Shown here piece by piece: positions 44,993-57,049 of a stretch of 64,000 bases of DNA. Source of the stretch: Ramlibacter sp. (lineage in GTDB: Bacteria > Pseudomonadota > Gammaproteobacteria > Burkholderiales > Burkholderiaceae_C); assembly GCA_021323335.1 (NCBI GenBank), contig JAJTCN010000007.1, positions 8,779 through 72,778 of the forward strand, written 5' to 3'. A model generated the notes under the pieces. That model ran no database searches. It was given only the letters and a program-made list of their open reading frames with translations, and was not told where the DNA came from. Position 1 is the first letter of the stretch. Each line of letters opens with the position of its first letter. A program made the translations under genes and the position numbers.

Positions 44993-46036
44993 ATGTCCCG
45001 TGCCGGCGAACCCATCACCGTTGCGCTGCTGGCCCTGCCCGCCACCACGGCGGCGACGCTCTACGGCTTCTACGACGCCCTGGCCAGCGTGCGCCGCGAC
45101 TGGGGGATGCTGCACGGGCGGCCGCCGGTCGATTCGCCCTTCCGGCCGCTGGTGGTGAGCGAGGATGGCCAGCCGCTGGTGGCGGCCAATGGCGTGCGCA
45201 TCACGCCGCAGGCCGGCTTCGCGGACTGCCCGCACCCCGATGTGGCGGTGGTCGGCGACGTGCAGGTCGCTCCCGGCGACGACAGCCCCGGCTTCGACGC
45301 GGCGGTGCGCTGGCTGCTGGCCTGCCACGCGCAGGGCGCCCTGATCGCCTCGGCCTGCTCGGGCGCGGTGGTGGTGGCGCGCACCGGCCTGCTCGACGGC
45401 CAGGATGCCACTTCGCACTGGGCGTACTGCGACCACCTGCAGCGCGCGCATCCGGCCACGCGCTGGCACGCCGACCGCGGGCTGGTGACCTGCGGCGAGG
45501 GGCAGCGCATCCTGATGGCGGGCAGCGGCGTATCCTGGCACCTGCTGGTGCTGGCGATCGTGGCGCGTTTCGCCGGCCCCGAGGAGGCGATGCGGGTCGC
45601 GCGGATCAACCTGATGGACCTGAGCACCACCAACCCGGCGGCCTATGCGTCGCTGACGCACGGCAACCGCGCGGCCGATCCGGTGGTGGCGGCCTGCCAG
45701 CAGTGGGCCGCGCTGCACTACGACAGCGCCGCCCCGGTCGCCCAGATGGTGGCGCTGTCGCAGCTGCCCGAGCGCACCTTCAAGCGCCGCTTCGCCCAGG
45801 CCACCGGCATGGCGCCGCTGGACTACGTGCACCACGTGCGGCTGGAGGAGGCCAAGCAGATGCTGGAAGGCGGCAGCGACGCCGTGGAGGCGATCGCGAT
45901 GGACATCGGCTACAGCGACAGCAGCTTCTTCAGCCGCCTGTTCAAGCGCAAGGTGGGGATGACCCCGGTGCAGTACCGCCAGCGCTTCGGCCGGCTGGCC
46001 CGCGAGTTGCGCGACCTCGCCGGTCCCGCCGCATGA
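44993..46036 (+). CDS. GlxA-family AraC regulator (DJ-1/PfpI plus HTH)
   Basis: SACSG, GLLDG..ATSHW, ERTFKRRF, IGYSD.SFFSRLFKR. Confidence 0.9.
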   Translation: MSRAGEPITVALLALPATTAATLYGFYDALASVRRDWGMLHGRPPVDSPFRPLVVSEDGQPLVAANGVRITPQAGFADCPHPDVAVVGDVQVAPGDDSPGFDAAVRWLLACHAQGALIASACSGAVVVARTGLLDGQDATSHWAYCDHLQRAHPATRWHADRGLVTCGEGQRILMAGSGVSWHLLVLAIVARFAGPEEAMRVARINLMDLSTTNPAAYASLTHGNRAADPVVAACQQWAALHYDSAAPVAQMVALSQLPERTFKRRFAQATGMAPLDYVHHVRLEEAKQMLEGGSDAVEAIAMDIGYSDSSFFSRLFKRKVGMTPVQYRQRFGRLARELRDLAGPAA

Positions 46037-47268
46037 GCGCGCCTGCCCTGCGCGCCGCCTGGACCATGCTGCTGGTCCTGATCTCCGGCTTCGCCTTGAG
46101 CCAGGCCTTCCGCACGGCCGCCGGCATCATGGCGCCGCCGCTGCAGCAGGCCTTCGGGCTGACGCCGCAACAGCTCGGGCTGTTCGCCGGCGCCTTCCAC
46201 TTCGCCTTCGGCGCGCTGCAGCTGTTCATGGGCATGGGCATCGACGTCTACGGCGTGCGCCGCACGGTGCTGGCCGTGTTTCCGCTGGCGATCGTCGGTG
46301 CGCTGGTCACCGCCAGCGCCGACAGCTACGCGGTCCTGCTGCTGGGCCAGGCGCTCACCGGCATCGGCTGCGCGCCGGCCTTCCTGGTCTGCACCGTGTT
46401 CATCGCCCGCAGCTTCCCCGCCGGCCGTTACGCCTCCATCAACGGCGCCGCACTCGGCATCGGCTCGGTCGGCCTGCTGCTCACCGGCACGCCGCTGGCC
46501 TGGGTGATCGAGGCCTGGGGCTGGCGCTCGGGCTACGTCGCGCTGGCCAGCTGCGCGGCGCTGGCGTGGCTGGCGATCCTGCTGCTGGTGCGCGAGGAGC
46601 TGCCGGCCACGGCTGGCGGGCGGCCCGATGTCCTGGGCGCCCTGCGCGGCTACGGCGAGCTGTTCCGGCTGCCGCACACGCTGGGCATCATCGGGCTGGC
46701 GGTGTTCACCTACGCCTCCTTCATCTCGCTGCGCGGGCTGTGGCTCGGCCCGGTGCTGATCGACCGCTACGGCTTCACGCTGGTGGAGACCGGCAACGTC
46801 GCGATCGCCGTGTCGGTGCTCGGCATGGTGGGGCCGCCGCTGTTCGGCCGGCTGGACCCCGGCGACCGGACACGCCGGCGCTGGATCATCGGCTTCACGA
46901 TCGCCTGCGCGGTCATCTTCGCGCTGATGGCGCTGCGGGTTCCCGCCGCCGTGGAGGTGGGGCTGTCGCTGGCCATCGGCATCGTTTCCGGCTACATGGT
47001 CATGCAGTACGCGGACGTGCGCGCCGCCTACCCGTCGCACATGACCGGGCGCGCCATGGCCGTGTTCACCATGGCGATGTTCCTCGGCGTGGCGCTGATG
47101 CAGTGGCTGACCGGGCTGGCGGCGTCGGCGGCGACGGTGCTGGGGATGGAAACCTATACGGCCGTGTTCGGCGCGATCGCGGGCTTCCTGCTGCTGGGCA
47201 CGGTACTGTTCCACTTCCTCCCGGGGCCCCGCGCGGTCTCTGCCGAGACGGCACAATCGACGCCATGA
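46033..47268 (+). CDS. MFS transporter
   Basis: About 12 TM segments; GIDVYGVRR motif A variant, WGWRSGY. Confidence 0.88.
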   Translation: MSAPALRAAWTMLLVLISGFALSQAFRTAAGIMAPPLQQAFGLTPQQLGLFAGAFHFAFGALQLFMGMGIDVYGVRRTVLAVFPLAIVGALVTASADSYAVLLLGQALTGIGCAPAFLVCTVFIARSFPAGRYASINGAALGIGSVGLLLTGTPLAWVIEAWGWRSGYVALASCAALAWLAILLLVREELPATAGGRPDVLGALRGYGELFRLPHTLGIIGLAVFTYASFISLRGLWLGPVLIDRYGFTLVETGNVAIAVSVLGMVGPPLFGRLDPGDRTRRRWIIGFTIACAVIFALMALRVPAAVEVGLSLAIGIVSGYMVMQYADVRAAYPSHMTGRAMAVFTMAMFLGVALMQWLTGLAASAATVLGMETYTAVFGAIAGFLLLGTVLFHFLPGPRAVSAETAQSTP

Positions 47269-47741
47269 AAATCGCCAAAGACACCGTCGTTACCCTGCGC
47301 TACAAGGTCGCCGAAACCGGCGGCAAGCTCATCGAGGAAAGCCGCGAGCCCATGGTCTACCTGCATGGCGGCTACAACAACACGCTGCCGAAGATCGAGG
47401 AAGCCCTCGATGGCAAGGAAGCGGGCTATGAAGTGACCCTGGAGCTGCAGCCGGAGGATGCCTTCGGCGTGCGCGACGAGTCGCTGCTGCGCGTCATTCC
47501 GAAGAGCGAATTCCCGCCGGGCGTGAAGGTGGGCGGCCAGCTCGAAGGCCGCACCGACGACGGCCAGCCGCATGTCTTCCATGTCATGAAGATCAAGGGC
47601 CCCGAAGTCCACCTCGACGGCAACCATCCCCTGGCCGGCAAGGCGCTGAAGTTCCACCTGAAGGTGACCGGCGTGCGCATGGCCAGCGGCGAGGAGATCC
47701 AGCATGGGCATGTGCACGGGGAGCATGGGCACCATCACTGA
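47265..47741 (+). CDS. slyD: FKBP-type peptidyl-prolyl isomerase SlyD
   Basis: YLHGG, PEDAFG, LDGNHPLAGKAL, His-rich tail HGHVHGEHGHHH. Confidence 0.92.
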   Translation: MKIAKDTVVTLRYKVAETGGKLIEESREPMVYLHGGYNNTLPKIEEALDGKEAGYEVTLELQPEDAFGVRDESLLRVIPKSEFPPGVKVGGQLEGRTDDGQPHVFHVMKIKGPEVHLDGNHPLAGKALKFHLKVTGVRMASGEEIQHGHVHGEHGHHH

Positions 47742-47765
47742 CTTGCAGGGAGCCGGATGCGGGAA

Positions 47766-47872
47766 CCGGACGCAAAAGTCGCAGAAGGGAGAAAAGCTCG
47801 CAAAAGGAAACCGACTTCCGTTCTGAATCCCTTTTGCGTCTTTTGCGAAGCCTTTGCGACTTTTGCGTCCGG
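47766..47872. repeat. long imperfect inverted repeat (MITE-like hairpin element)
   Basis: CCGGACGCAAAAGTCGCAGAAGG ... CCTTTGCGACTTTTGCGTCCGG with internal CGCAAAAG/CTTTTGCG subrepeats; AT-richer than its flanks. Confidence 0.7.
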
Positions 47873-47919
47873 CTGTCCGCATTGAAACAACCGTCGCGCG
47901 TCCCCACCTAGGAGGAACG

Positions 47920-48972
47920 ATGCCAACCCCCACCTCCCCCATCCTCGACGTCCAGCCCCTCGGGTTTCCGTGGGTGACCGCCGATCCGTTCCTGTTCTGC
48001 GCGTACCACGATGACGCCTACCCGCGCGGGAACGGGGCGATGGGGCCGGCGGCGTCGCTGGCGGGGCGGGACATCGGGCAGGACTTCAGCCGCAAGGACG
48101 GCTGGAGCATGTACCACGGCGACAGCGTGCCGGGCTTCCCCGCGCATCCGCACCGCGGCTTCGAGACCGTCACCATCGTCCGCAAGGGCCTGATCGACCA
48201 CAGCGACTCGCTCGGCGCCACCGCCCGCTTCGGCGGCGGCGACGTGCAGTGGGTCACGGCGGGCAAGGGCATCGTGCACTCCGAGATGTTCCCGCTGCTC
48301 AAGGCCGACGAGGACAACCCGCTGGAGCTGTTCCAGATCTGGCTGAACCTGCCGCGGCGCAACAAGATGGCCGAGCCGCACTTCACGATGCTGTGGAACG
48401 AGCAGGTCCCGCGCCGCGTGCTGCAGGACGCCGAAGGCCGCAAGACCGAGGTGGCGGTGATCGCCGGCAATTTCGGCGACGTCGCCGCGCTCGCACCGCC
48501 GCCGGACTCCTGGGCCGCCCAGGCCGAGGCCGACGTCGCGATCTGGACGCTGCGCTTGGAACCCGGCGCCGGCTTCCAGCTGCCGCCGGCGGTACTGGCC
48601 GGCACGCAGCGCACGCTCTACTTCTTCAAGGGCGACGGCGCCAGCGTCGGCGGCCGGGCGGTGCAAGGTCCGGTGGCGATCCAGCTGGAGGCCGACGTCG
48701 AAGTGGCCATCGCCGCCGGCGACACGACCTGCGAATTCCTGTTGCTGCAGGGCCGCCCCATCGCCGAACCGGTGGCGCAGTACGGCCCCTTCGTGATGAA
48801 CACGCAGCAGGAAATCCAGCAGGCGATGCAGGACTACCGCCGCACGCAGTTCGGCGGCTGGCCCTTCGGCGACAGCGCGCCGGTGCACGGCACCGAGCCG
48901 AAGCGCTTTGCCCGGCATCCGGGCGGACGCACGGAAGAACCCGAAGCCCTCAGCCCTTCAGCAACTGCTTGA
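47920..48972 (+). CDS. pirin family protein
   Basis: DPFL, GFPAHPHRGFETVT, HSDS, AGKGIVHSE, QIWLNLP, GPFVMN. Confidence 0.93.
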   Translation: MPTPTSPILDVQPLGFPWVTADPFLFCAYHDDAYPRGNGAMGPAASLAGRDIGQDFSRKDGWSMYHGDSVPGFPAHPHRGFETVTIVRKGLIDHSDSLGATARFGGGDVQWVTAGKGIVHSEMFPLLKADEDNPLELFQIWLNLPRRNKMAEPHFTMLWNEQVPRRVLQDAEGRKTEVAVIAGNFGDVAALAPPPDSWAAQAEADVAIWTLRLEPGAGFQLPPAVLAGTQRTLYFFKGDGASVGGRAVQGPVAIQLEADVEVAIAAGDTTCEFLLLQGRPIAEPVAQYGPFVMNTQQEIQQAMQDYRRTQFGGWPFGDSAPVHGTEPKRFARHPGGRTEEPEALSPSATA

Positions 48973-49789
48973 GGATCGCGCGGGCCACGCGCGGATCCAG
49001 CTTGAGCGTCCGCGCGACCAGCTCGCTGGTGGCCGCGCAGGCGGCCACCGGGTCCATCTCCGCCACGGCGATGGTGTGCAGCTGGGTCGCGGCCTCGCCG
49101 CGCTTTTCGGCGGTGGCCTTGCGCACTTCGTCCAGGCCCGCCTGCACTTCCGTCAAGGACGCGCCGGCCTCGGCCTTCCACGCGCCCTGGACCGCGCTGA
49201 CGGTGTTCTCCGCCACCAGCCGCGCCACCGCCTGCTCATAGGCCAGGTTCACCGGCGGGCTCAGGCGCGGGCTGGGGTCGAAAGGTTCGTCCGGAACTTG
49301 CGGCCAGGCCATGCGCACGCACCGGGCCGGGTCGGACGCGCGCAGCTGGTCGAGCACCGGCACCAGAGCCTCGTCGTACGCCAGCACGGCGCCGCCCTGC
49401 GCCGTCCCCATCATCTTGCGCGCCAGGCCGAGGTAGTGCTTGCGCGTTTGCTCCAGCACCAGCTTCGGCGGCACCTGCGCGTCGAAGGCCTGCACCGCCG
49501 CCGCCTCCATCGGCTTCCATTCGTCCGGCCGGTGCTCGCGCAGCGCGACGTGCACCGGCATCTCCAGGTACGCCACGCCGGCCTGGTAGCCCTCGTCGAA
49601 GCGGCTGCGGATGAATTCGCTGCGGGTGAGGGCGAAACTCACCATCAGGAACAGGCCGAGCGCCACCGCGAAGTCCTTCACCAGCTCGCCCTCGGTCGGC
49701 TTGCGGCCGCTGGTGAGCTTCCAGGTGACGATGCCGGCCAGCGCGGCGCAGGGCCCGACCAGCCAGGGGAACAGCGAGAACCACCACAT
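48950..49789 (-). CDS. hypothetical membrane-anchored protein
   Basis: 279 aa; two N-terminal TM segments, then a soluble helical domain. Confidence 0.65.
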   Translation of the reverse strand: MWWFSLFPWLVGPCAALAGIVTWKLTSGRKPTEGELVKDFAVALGLFLMVSFALTRSEFIRSRFDEGYQAGVAYLEMPVHVALREHRPDEWKPMEAAAVQAFDAQVPPKLVLEQTRKHYLGLARKMMGTAQGGAVLAYDEALVPVLDQLRASDPARCVRMAWPQVPDEPFDPSPRLSPPVNLAYEQAVARLVAENTVSAVQGAWKAEAGASLTEVQAGLDEVRKATAEKRGEAATQLHTIAVAEMDPVAACAATSELVARTLKLDPRVARAILKQLLKG

Positions 49790-49800
49790 GGCCGCGTCCC

Positions 49801-50804
49801 TCAGGGCTTCGCGCCGAGCAGGCCGACGTGCCAGCCGGCCGCGCGCAGCTTGCGGGTCGCCTGCACGCTCAGGACGATCCAGGCCACCAGGCTCACCAGG
49901 GGCACGAAGGTGAGCACCATGTAGACGATGGTCGAACCGGTGGGCTTGCCCAGGCCGGAACTCAGGCGCACCACGCCGACCAGGCTGTAGATGCCCAGCG
50001 CGGCGTACATCGCGAACAGCAGCAGGGCCGAGAGCGCGCCGGTGCGCGCGGCGCCGTTGACCAGCAGGGAGCCCAGGATGCTCAGGGCCAGCATGCGCTG
50101 ACCCTGCGCCGCCTTGTCCAGGTCCACGCCTTCCTCGACCGCCTCCTCGGCGTCCTCGTCCTCGTCATCGTCGTCCGCCCGCCGGGCGGCTACCCTGGCC
50201 ACGGGCACCGGCTGCGGCTGCGGCAGGTCCGCGTACGGGTGCCAGCCGGTGGCGTCGAAGCGATAGATGCAGGCCGAGACGGCGGACGGGCCCGCGGAGG
50301 CGAGCATGCGGGCCGCCTGCTTCTTCAACTCGGCTTCGACACCGGCATCGCCGGCGGGGGTGAACATCAGCACGCCCTTGCGCGGCAAGGCCGCGAGCAT
50401 GCCCTGCGGGAATTTCGCGAGCTGCTGGCGCCAGAACGTGCGATCCAGCAGGAAGGTGGCGTTGTAGTCGAGGTGCTGGCCGCGCAGCGCATGGATGCCG
50501 CCGGCCAGCGACGTGACCTGCGGCGCCCCGCTGGCGCGCTTGCTGTTCAGGCTGGCGTACGCCACCGCCTTCTGCGGCGTGAGTTCGAGCCGGGCCAGGT
50601 CGTCCGGGCGGACGGCGGCAGCGTTGGCCACCCCCGGTTCGTCGAACACCAGCCGCAGTTGCAGGTCCCCCAGGTAGCCGTAGGCCACCGTATCCTGCGC
50701 GGCGGACGGGCGCAGGGTCTCCTTGGGCAGCCGCTCGCCCGGCCACGGGTGCAACTGCACCATCAGCCGGTCGCGCTCGCGCGCGGGCTCCTGCCCGGCG
50801 GCCA

Positions 50805-50805
<1 letters not shown>
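49801..50805 (-). CDS. hypothetical protein: soluble N-domain (possibly DUF1444-like), acidic linker, three C-terminal TM helices
   Basis: ATG 50805 overlaps the gap stop; DDDDEDED linker; hydrophobic C-terminus. Confidence 0.65.
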
Positions 50806-53804
<2,999 letters not shown>

Positions 53805-53905
53805 CAGGGGCAGCTCCGGGGGAAGGGAAAGATCAGGGGAATCCCGTATTTTAGCGGGCGGGCCATGCGCGGCCTGGCGCGCGGCCCATGGCATACATTC
53901 AGGCC

Positions 53906-54283
53906 ATGAAGGGCTTGCACCTCACCGCCGACCTGTACCGCTGCCGTTGCGAGGCCGCGTGGCTGACGGACGCCCGGCAACTGGGGGAGTGGTGCACCGC
54001 CGCCGTGACCGCCGTGGGGCTGGAGCCGGTGGGCCACCTGTTCCACACTTTCCCGGCCACCGACAAGGGCCCCGGGGGCGTGACGGCCACCGTGCTGCTG
54101 GCCGAATCCCACATCTGCCTGCACACCTGGCCGGAAGAACGGGCCGTGACGGCGGACGTGTTCGTCTGCAACTTCAGCGGCGACCACTCGGCCAAGGCGC
54201 GCGGGCTGATGTTCGCGCTGGTCAGCCGCTTCCAGCCCGAATGGACCGAGCAGCGCTCGCTGGACCGCGGCGAAGAGGAATGA
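53906..54283 (+). CDS. speD: S-adenosylmethionine decarboxylase proenzyme (class 1B)
   Basis: [30 protein letters not shown]; E-S self-cleavage site present. Confidence 0.88.
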   Translation: MKGLHLTADLYRCRCEAAWLTDARQLGEWCTAAVTAVGLEPVGHLFHTFPATDKGPGGVTATVLLAESHICLHTWPEERAVTADVFVCNFSGDHSAKARGLMFALVSRFQPEWTEQRSLDRGEEE

Positions 54284-54287
54284 AGAC

Positions 54288-54992
54288 TTGAGCATTGCAC
54301 AGGCCATGATCCTGGCGGCCGGGCGCGGCGAGCGCATGCGGCCGCTGACCGACACCTGCCCCAAGCCGCTGCTGCCGCTGAAAGGCAAGCCGCTGATGGG
54401 CTACCACCTCGACGCGTTCGGCCACGGCGGCTTCCGCGACGTGGTGGTCAACACCGCCTGGCTGGGCGAACAGATCGAGGACCACTACGGCCACGAGACG
54501 CCGGAGGGCGTGCGCATCGTGTACTCGCACGAAGGCAAGGACTTCGGCGGTGCACTGGAAACCGCCGGCGGGATCGCGCGGGCGCTGCCGCTGCTGGACG
54601 AGGTGTTCTGGATCGTCGCCGGCGACGTCTACATGCCGAAGTTCCTGTTCACGCGCGCCGCCTACGACCGCTTCGCCGCCGGCGGGAAACTGGCGCACCT
54701 GTTCCTGGTGCCGAATCCGGAGCACAACCCCAAGGGCGACTTCGGCCTGGGCGACGACGGGCTGGCGCTGAACCAGGCCGAGATGCGCTACACGTATTCG
54801 ACCACCGCCTTGTTCCGCCGGGCCTTCTTCGACGGCCTGCCGGCGGGCAATCCGCAAGGACTGAAAGTGGCGCTGGCGCCGCTGCTGCGCCAGGCGATGG
54901 ACCGGGGCCAGGTCAGCGCGGAGCTGTACCACGGCCCCTGGACGGACGTGGGAACGCCGCAAAGGCTGGCCTCGCTGGACGCTGCGCCGTAA
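54288..54992 (+). CDS. murU: N-acetylmuramate-1-phosphate uridylyltransferase-like nucleotidyltransferase
   Basis: AMILAAGRGERMRPLT..PKPLL, LETAGGI, VPNPEHNPKGDF, WTDVGTP. Confidence 0.8.
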   Translation: MSIAQAMILAAGRGERMRPLTDTCPKPLLPLKGKPLMGYHLDAFGHGGFRDVVVNTAWLGEQIEDHYGHETPEGVRIVYSHEGKDFGGALETAGGIARALPLLDEVFWIVAGDVYMPKFLFTRAAYDRFAAGGKLAHLFLVPNPEHNPKGDFGLGDDGLALNQAEMRYTYSTTALFRRAFFDGLPAGNPQGLKVALAPLLRQAMDRGQVSAELYHGPWTDVGTPQRLASLDAAP

Positions 54993-55011
54993 AGGCGCGG
55001 AGAATGGAGGC

Positions 55012-56409
55012 ATGAACACCACCGTGCCCACTTCCGTCTATGCCCAGCGGCGCGCGCGCCTCGCCGCACAGCTCGGCGGCAACGGCATCGCCATCGTCCC
55101 GACGGCGCCGGAGCGCCCGCGCAACCGCGATTCCGACTTCCTGTACCGCCACGACAGCTACTTCTACTACCTGACCGGCTTCACCGAACCGAACGCCTGG
55201 CTGGTCATCACCGGCGACGGCAAGAGCACCCTGTTCTGCCAGCCGAAGGACCTGGAACGCGAGATCTGGGACGGCTACCGCCTCGGCCCGGAAGCCGCGG
55301 TCGGCGCGCTGGCCGTGGACGGCGCGTTCCCGGTGAACGAACTCGACGCGCAGATGCCCAGGCTGCTGGAGAACCGCGGCACCGTGTGGTTCCCCTTCGC
55401 CATCCACCAGGGCCTGGAGCAGCGGGTGGCCGGCTGGCTGAACCAGGTGCGCGCCCGCGTGCGCTACGGCGCCCTGTGCCCCGAGCAGCAGAGCGACCTG
55501 TGCGCGTTGCTCGACGAGATGCGCCTGGTGAAGGACGCGCACGAGCAGGACGTGATGCGCCGCGCCGCGGCCATCAGCGCCCGCGCCCACGTGCGCACCA
55601 TGCAGGCCTGCGCGCGCATGCTGCGCGAGGGCCGGGACGTGCGCGAGTTCCACCTGGACGCCGAGCTGATGCACGAGTTCCGCATGGGCGGCTCGCAATA
55701 CCCCGCCTACAGCTCCATCGTCGCCGCCGGCGCCAACGCCTGCGTGCTGCACTACCGAGCCGACGTCGCGCCGGTGCGCGCCGGCGAGCTGGTGCTGATC
55801 GACGCCGGCTGCGAGCTCGATGGCTACGCCAGCGACATCACCCGCACCTTCCCGGCCGACGGCAAGTTCACCGGCCCGCAGCTCGCGCTGTACGACATCG
55901 TGCTGGCCTCGCAGGAGGCGGCGGTGGCCGCCACCAGGCCGGGCGCGCGCTTCACCGACCCGCACGAGGCGGCGGTGAAAGTGCTGGCGCAGGGCATGCT
56001 GGACGTCGGCCTGCTGGACCGCGCCAAGGTCGGCTCGCTGGAGGACGTGATCGAGAAGCGCGCGTACTTCCCCTTCTACATGCACCGCACCGGCCACTGG
56101 CTGGGGATGGACGTGCACGACTGCGGCAGCTACGTGGAGCCCGGCGAAGTGGGCCAGGTGAGCGAGCGCAAGGACCCGCTGTCGGGCGAGATCATCAAGA
56201 ACCGGCCCAGCCGCGTCCTGCGGCCGGGCATGGTGCTGACCATCGAGCCGGGCATCTACGTGCGGCCCGGGGATGGCGTGCCGGAAGCCTTCCACAACAT
56301 CGGCATCCGCATCGAGGACGACGCCATCGTCACCGCGCAGGGCTGCGAGCTGATCACCCGGGGCGTGCCGGTGCGGGCCGACGAGATCGAGGCGGTGATG
56401 CGCGCGTAA
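55012..56409 (+). CDS. pepP: Xaa-Pro aminopeptidase
   Basis: FYYLTGFTEP, LHY, DAGCE..GYASDITRT, GHWLGMDVHD, TIEPGIY, GIRIEDD. Confidence 0.95.
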   Translation: MNTTVPTSVYAQRRARLAAQLGGNGIAIVPTAPERPRNRDSDFLYRHDSYFYYLTGFTEPNAWLVITGDGKSTLFCQPKDLEREIWDGYRLGPEAAVGALAVDGAFPVNELDAQMPRLLENRGTVWFPFAIHQGLEQRVAGWLNQVRARVRYGALCPEQQSDLCALLDEMRLVKDAHEQDVMRRAAAISARAHVRTMQACARMLREGRDVREFHLDAELMHEFRMGGSQYPAYSSIVAAGANACVLHYRADVAPVRAGELVLIDAGCELDGYASDITRTFPADGKFTGPQLALYDIVLASQEAAVAATRPGARFTDPHEAAVKVLAQGMLDVGLLDRAKVGSLEDVIEKRAYFPFYMHRTGHWLGMDVHDCGSYVEPGEVGQVSERKDPLSGEIIKNRPSRVLRPGMVLTIEPGIYVRPGDGVPEAFHNIGIRIEDDAIVTAQGCELITRGVPVRADEIEAVMRA

Positions 56410-56497
56410 AGGCGCGGCCGGCGACAAGAAGGAACCCGTCGCGCCGGGAAATGTCACTCGGTGCGCGCAAACCGTGAGGTTTGTCACGGCGCGCCGC

Positions 56498-56514
56498 CTG
56501 GTACGGGTCTTGCC
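56498..56514 (+). promoter_or_regulatory. sigma54 (-24/-12) promoter of the pilin gene
   Basis: CTGGTACGGGTCTTGCC = GG-N10-GC, 23 bp before the ATG; TGTCAC repeats upstream. Confidence 0.65.
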
Positions 56515-56536
56515 CTCCTCCCCTTGGAGGGGTGCC

Positions 56537-57049
56537 ATGAAATCACCGAAGAGACGCCGCCAGGCCGGATTCACGCTGATCGAGCTGATCATCAGCGTTG
56601 CCATCGTGGCCGTCCTGGGTTCGATCGCGATCGCGCAGATGCGCGACTACACGCGCCGTGCCAAGATCTCGGAAGTGATGATGGCCGCCACCAAGTGCAA
56701 GAACTCCGTGGCCGAAAGCTACCTGACCATGGAGCGCGCCCCGGAGCCGGGCACCTGGGGCTGCGAGTCGGCCACCCCGACGACGCGCTTCAGCGGCGTC
56801 GTGCAGACCTCGTCCGATGGCGCCATCCGCATCGGCATCCAGAACCTGGACGGGCTGGTCAACGGGCAGTACGTCTACCTCATCCCCATGCGCAGCGATG
56901 GCACGACGCCGATGAACACCGTCGCCCACCTGGGCGAGCCGGTGCGCAACTGGGCCTGCGGCTCCGATTGGCTGCCGGTGCTCAACGCCCTGCCGACCAG
57001 CTGCCGCGCCGACACCACCGCCATCGCCGCCGGCAGCGATTTCAACTGA
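56537..57049 (+). CDS. type IVa pilin
   Basis: Basic leader, G|FTLIEL prepilin cleavage site, DYTRRAKISE, C-terminal WAC...C; GGAGG RBS. Confidence 0.88.
   Translation: MKSPKRRRQAGFTLIELIISVAIVAVLGSIAIAQMRDYTRRAKISEVMMAATKCKNSVAESYLTMERAPEPGTWGCESATPTTRFSGVVQTSSDGAIRIGIQNLDGLVNGQYVYLIPMRSDGTTPMNTVAHLGEPVRNWACGSDWLPVLNALPTSCRADTTAIAAGSDFN

Noticed and set aside
42052-47268. Apparent fusion ORFs 42052-43494 and 44914-47268
   Set aside because: The N-terminal extensions are off-frame overlaps of neighbouring genes; real starts are at 42724 and 46033.
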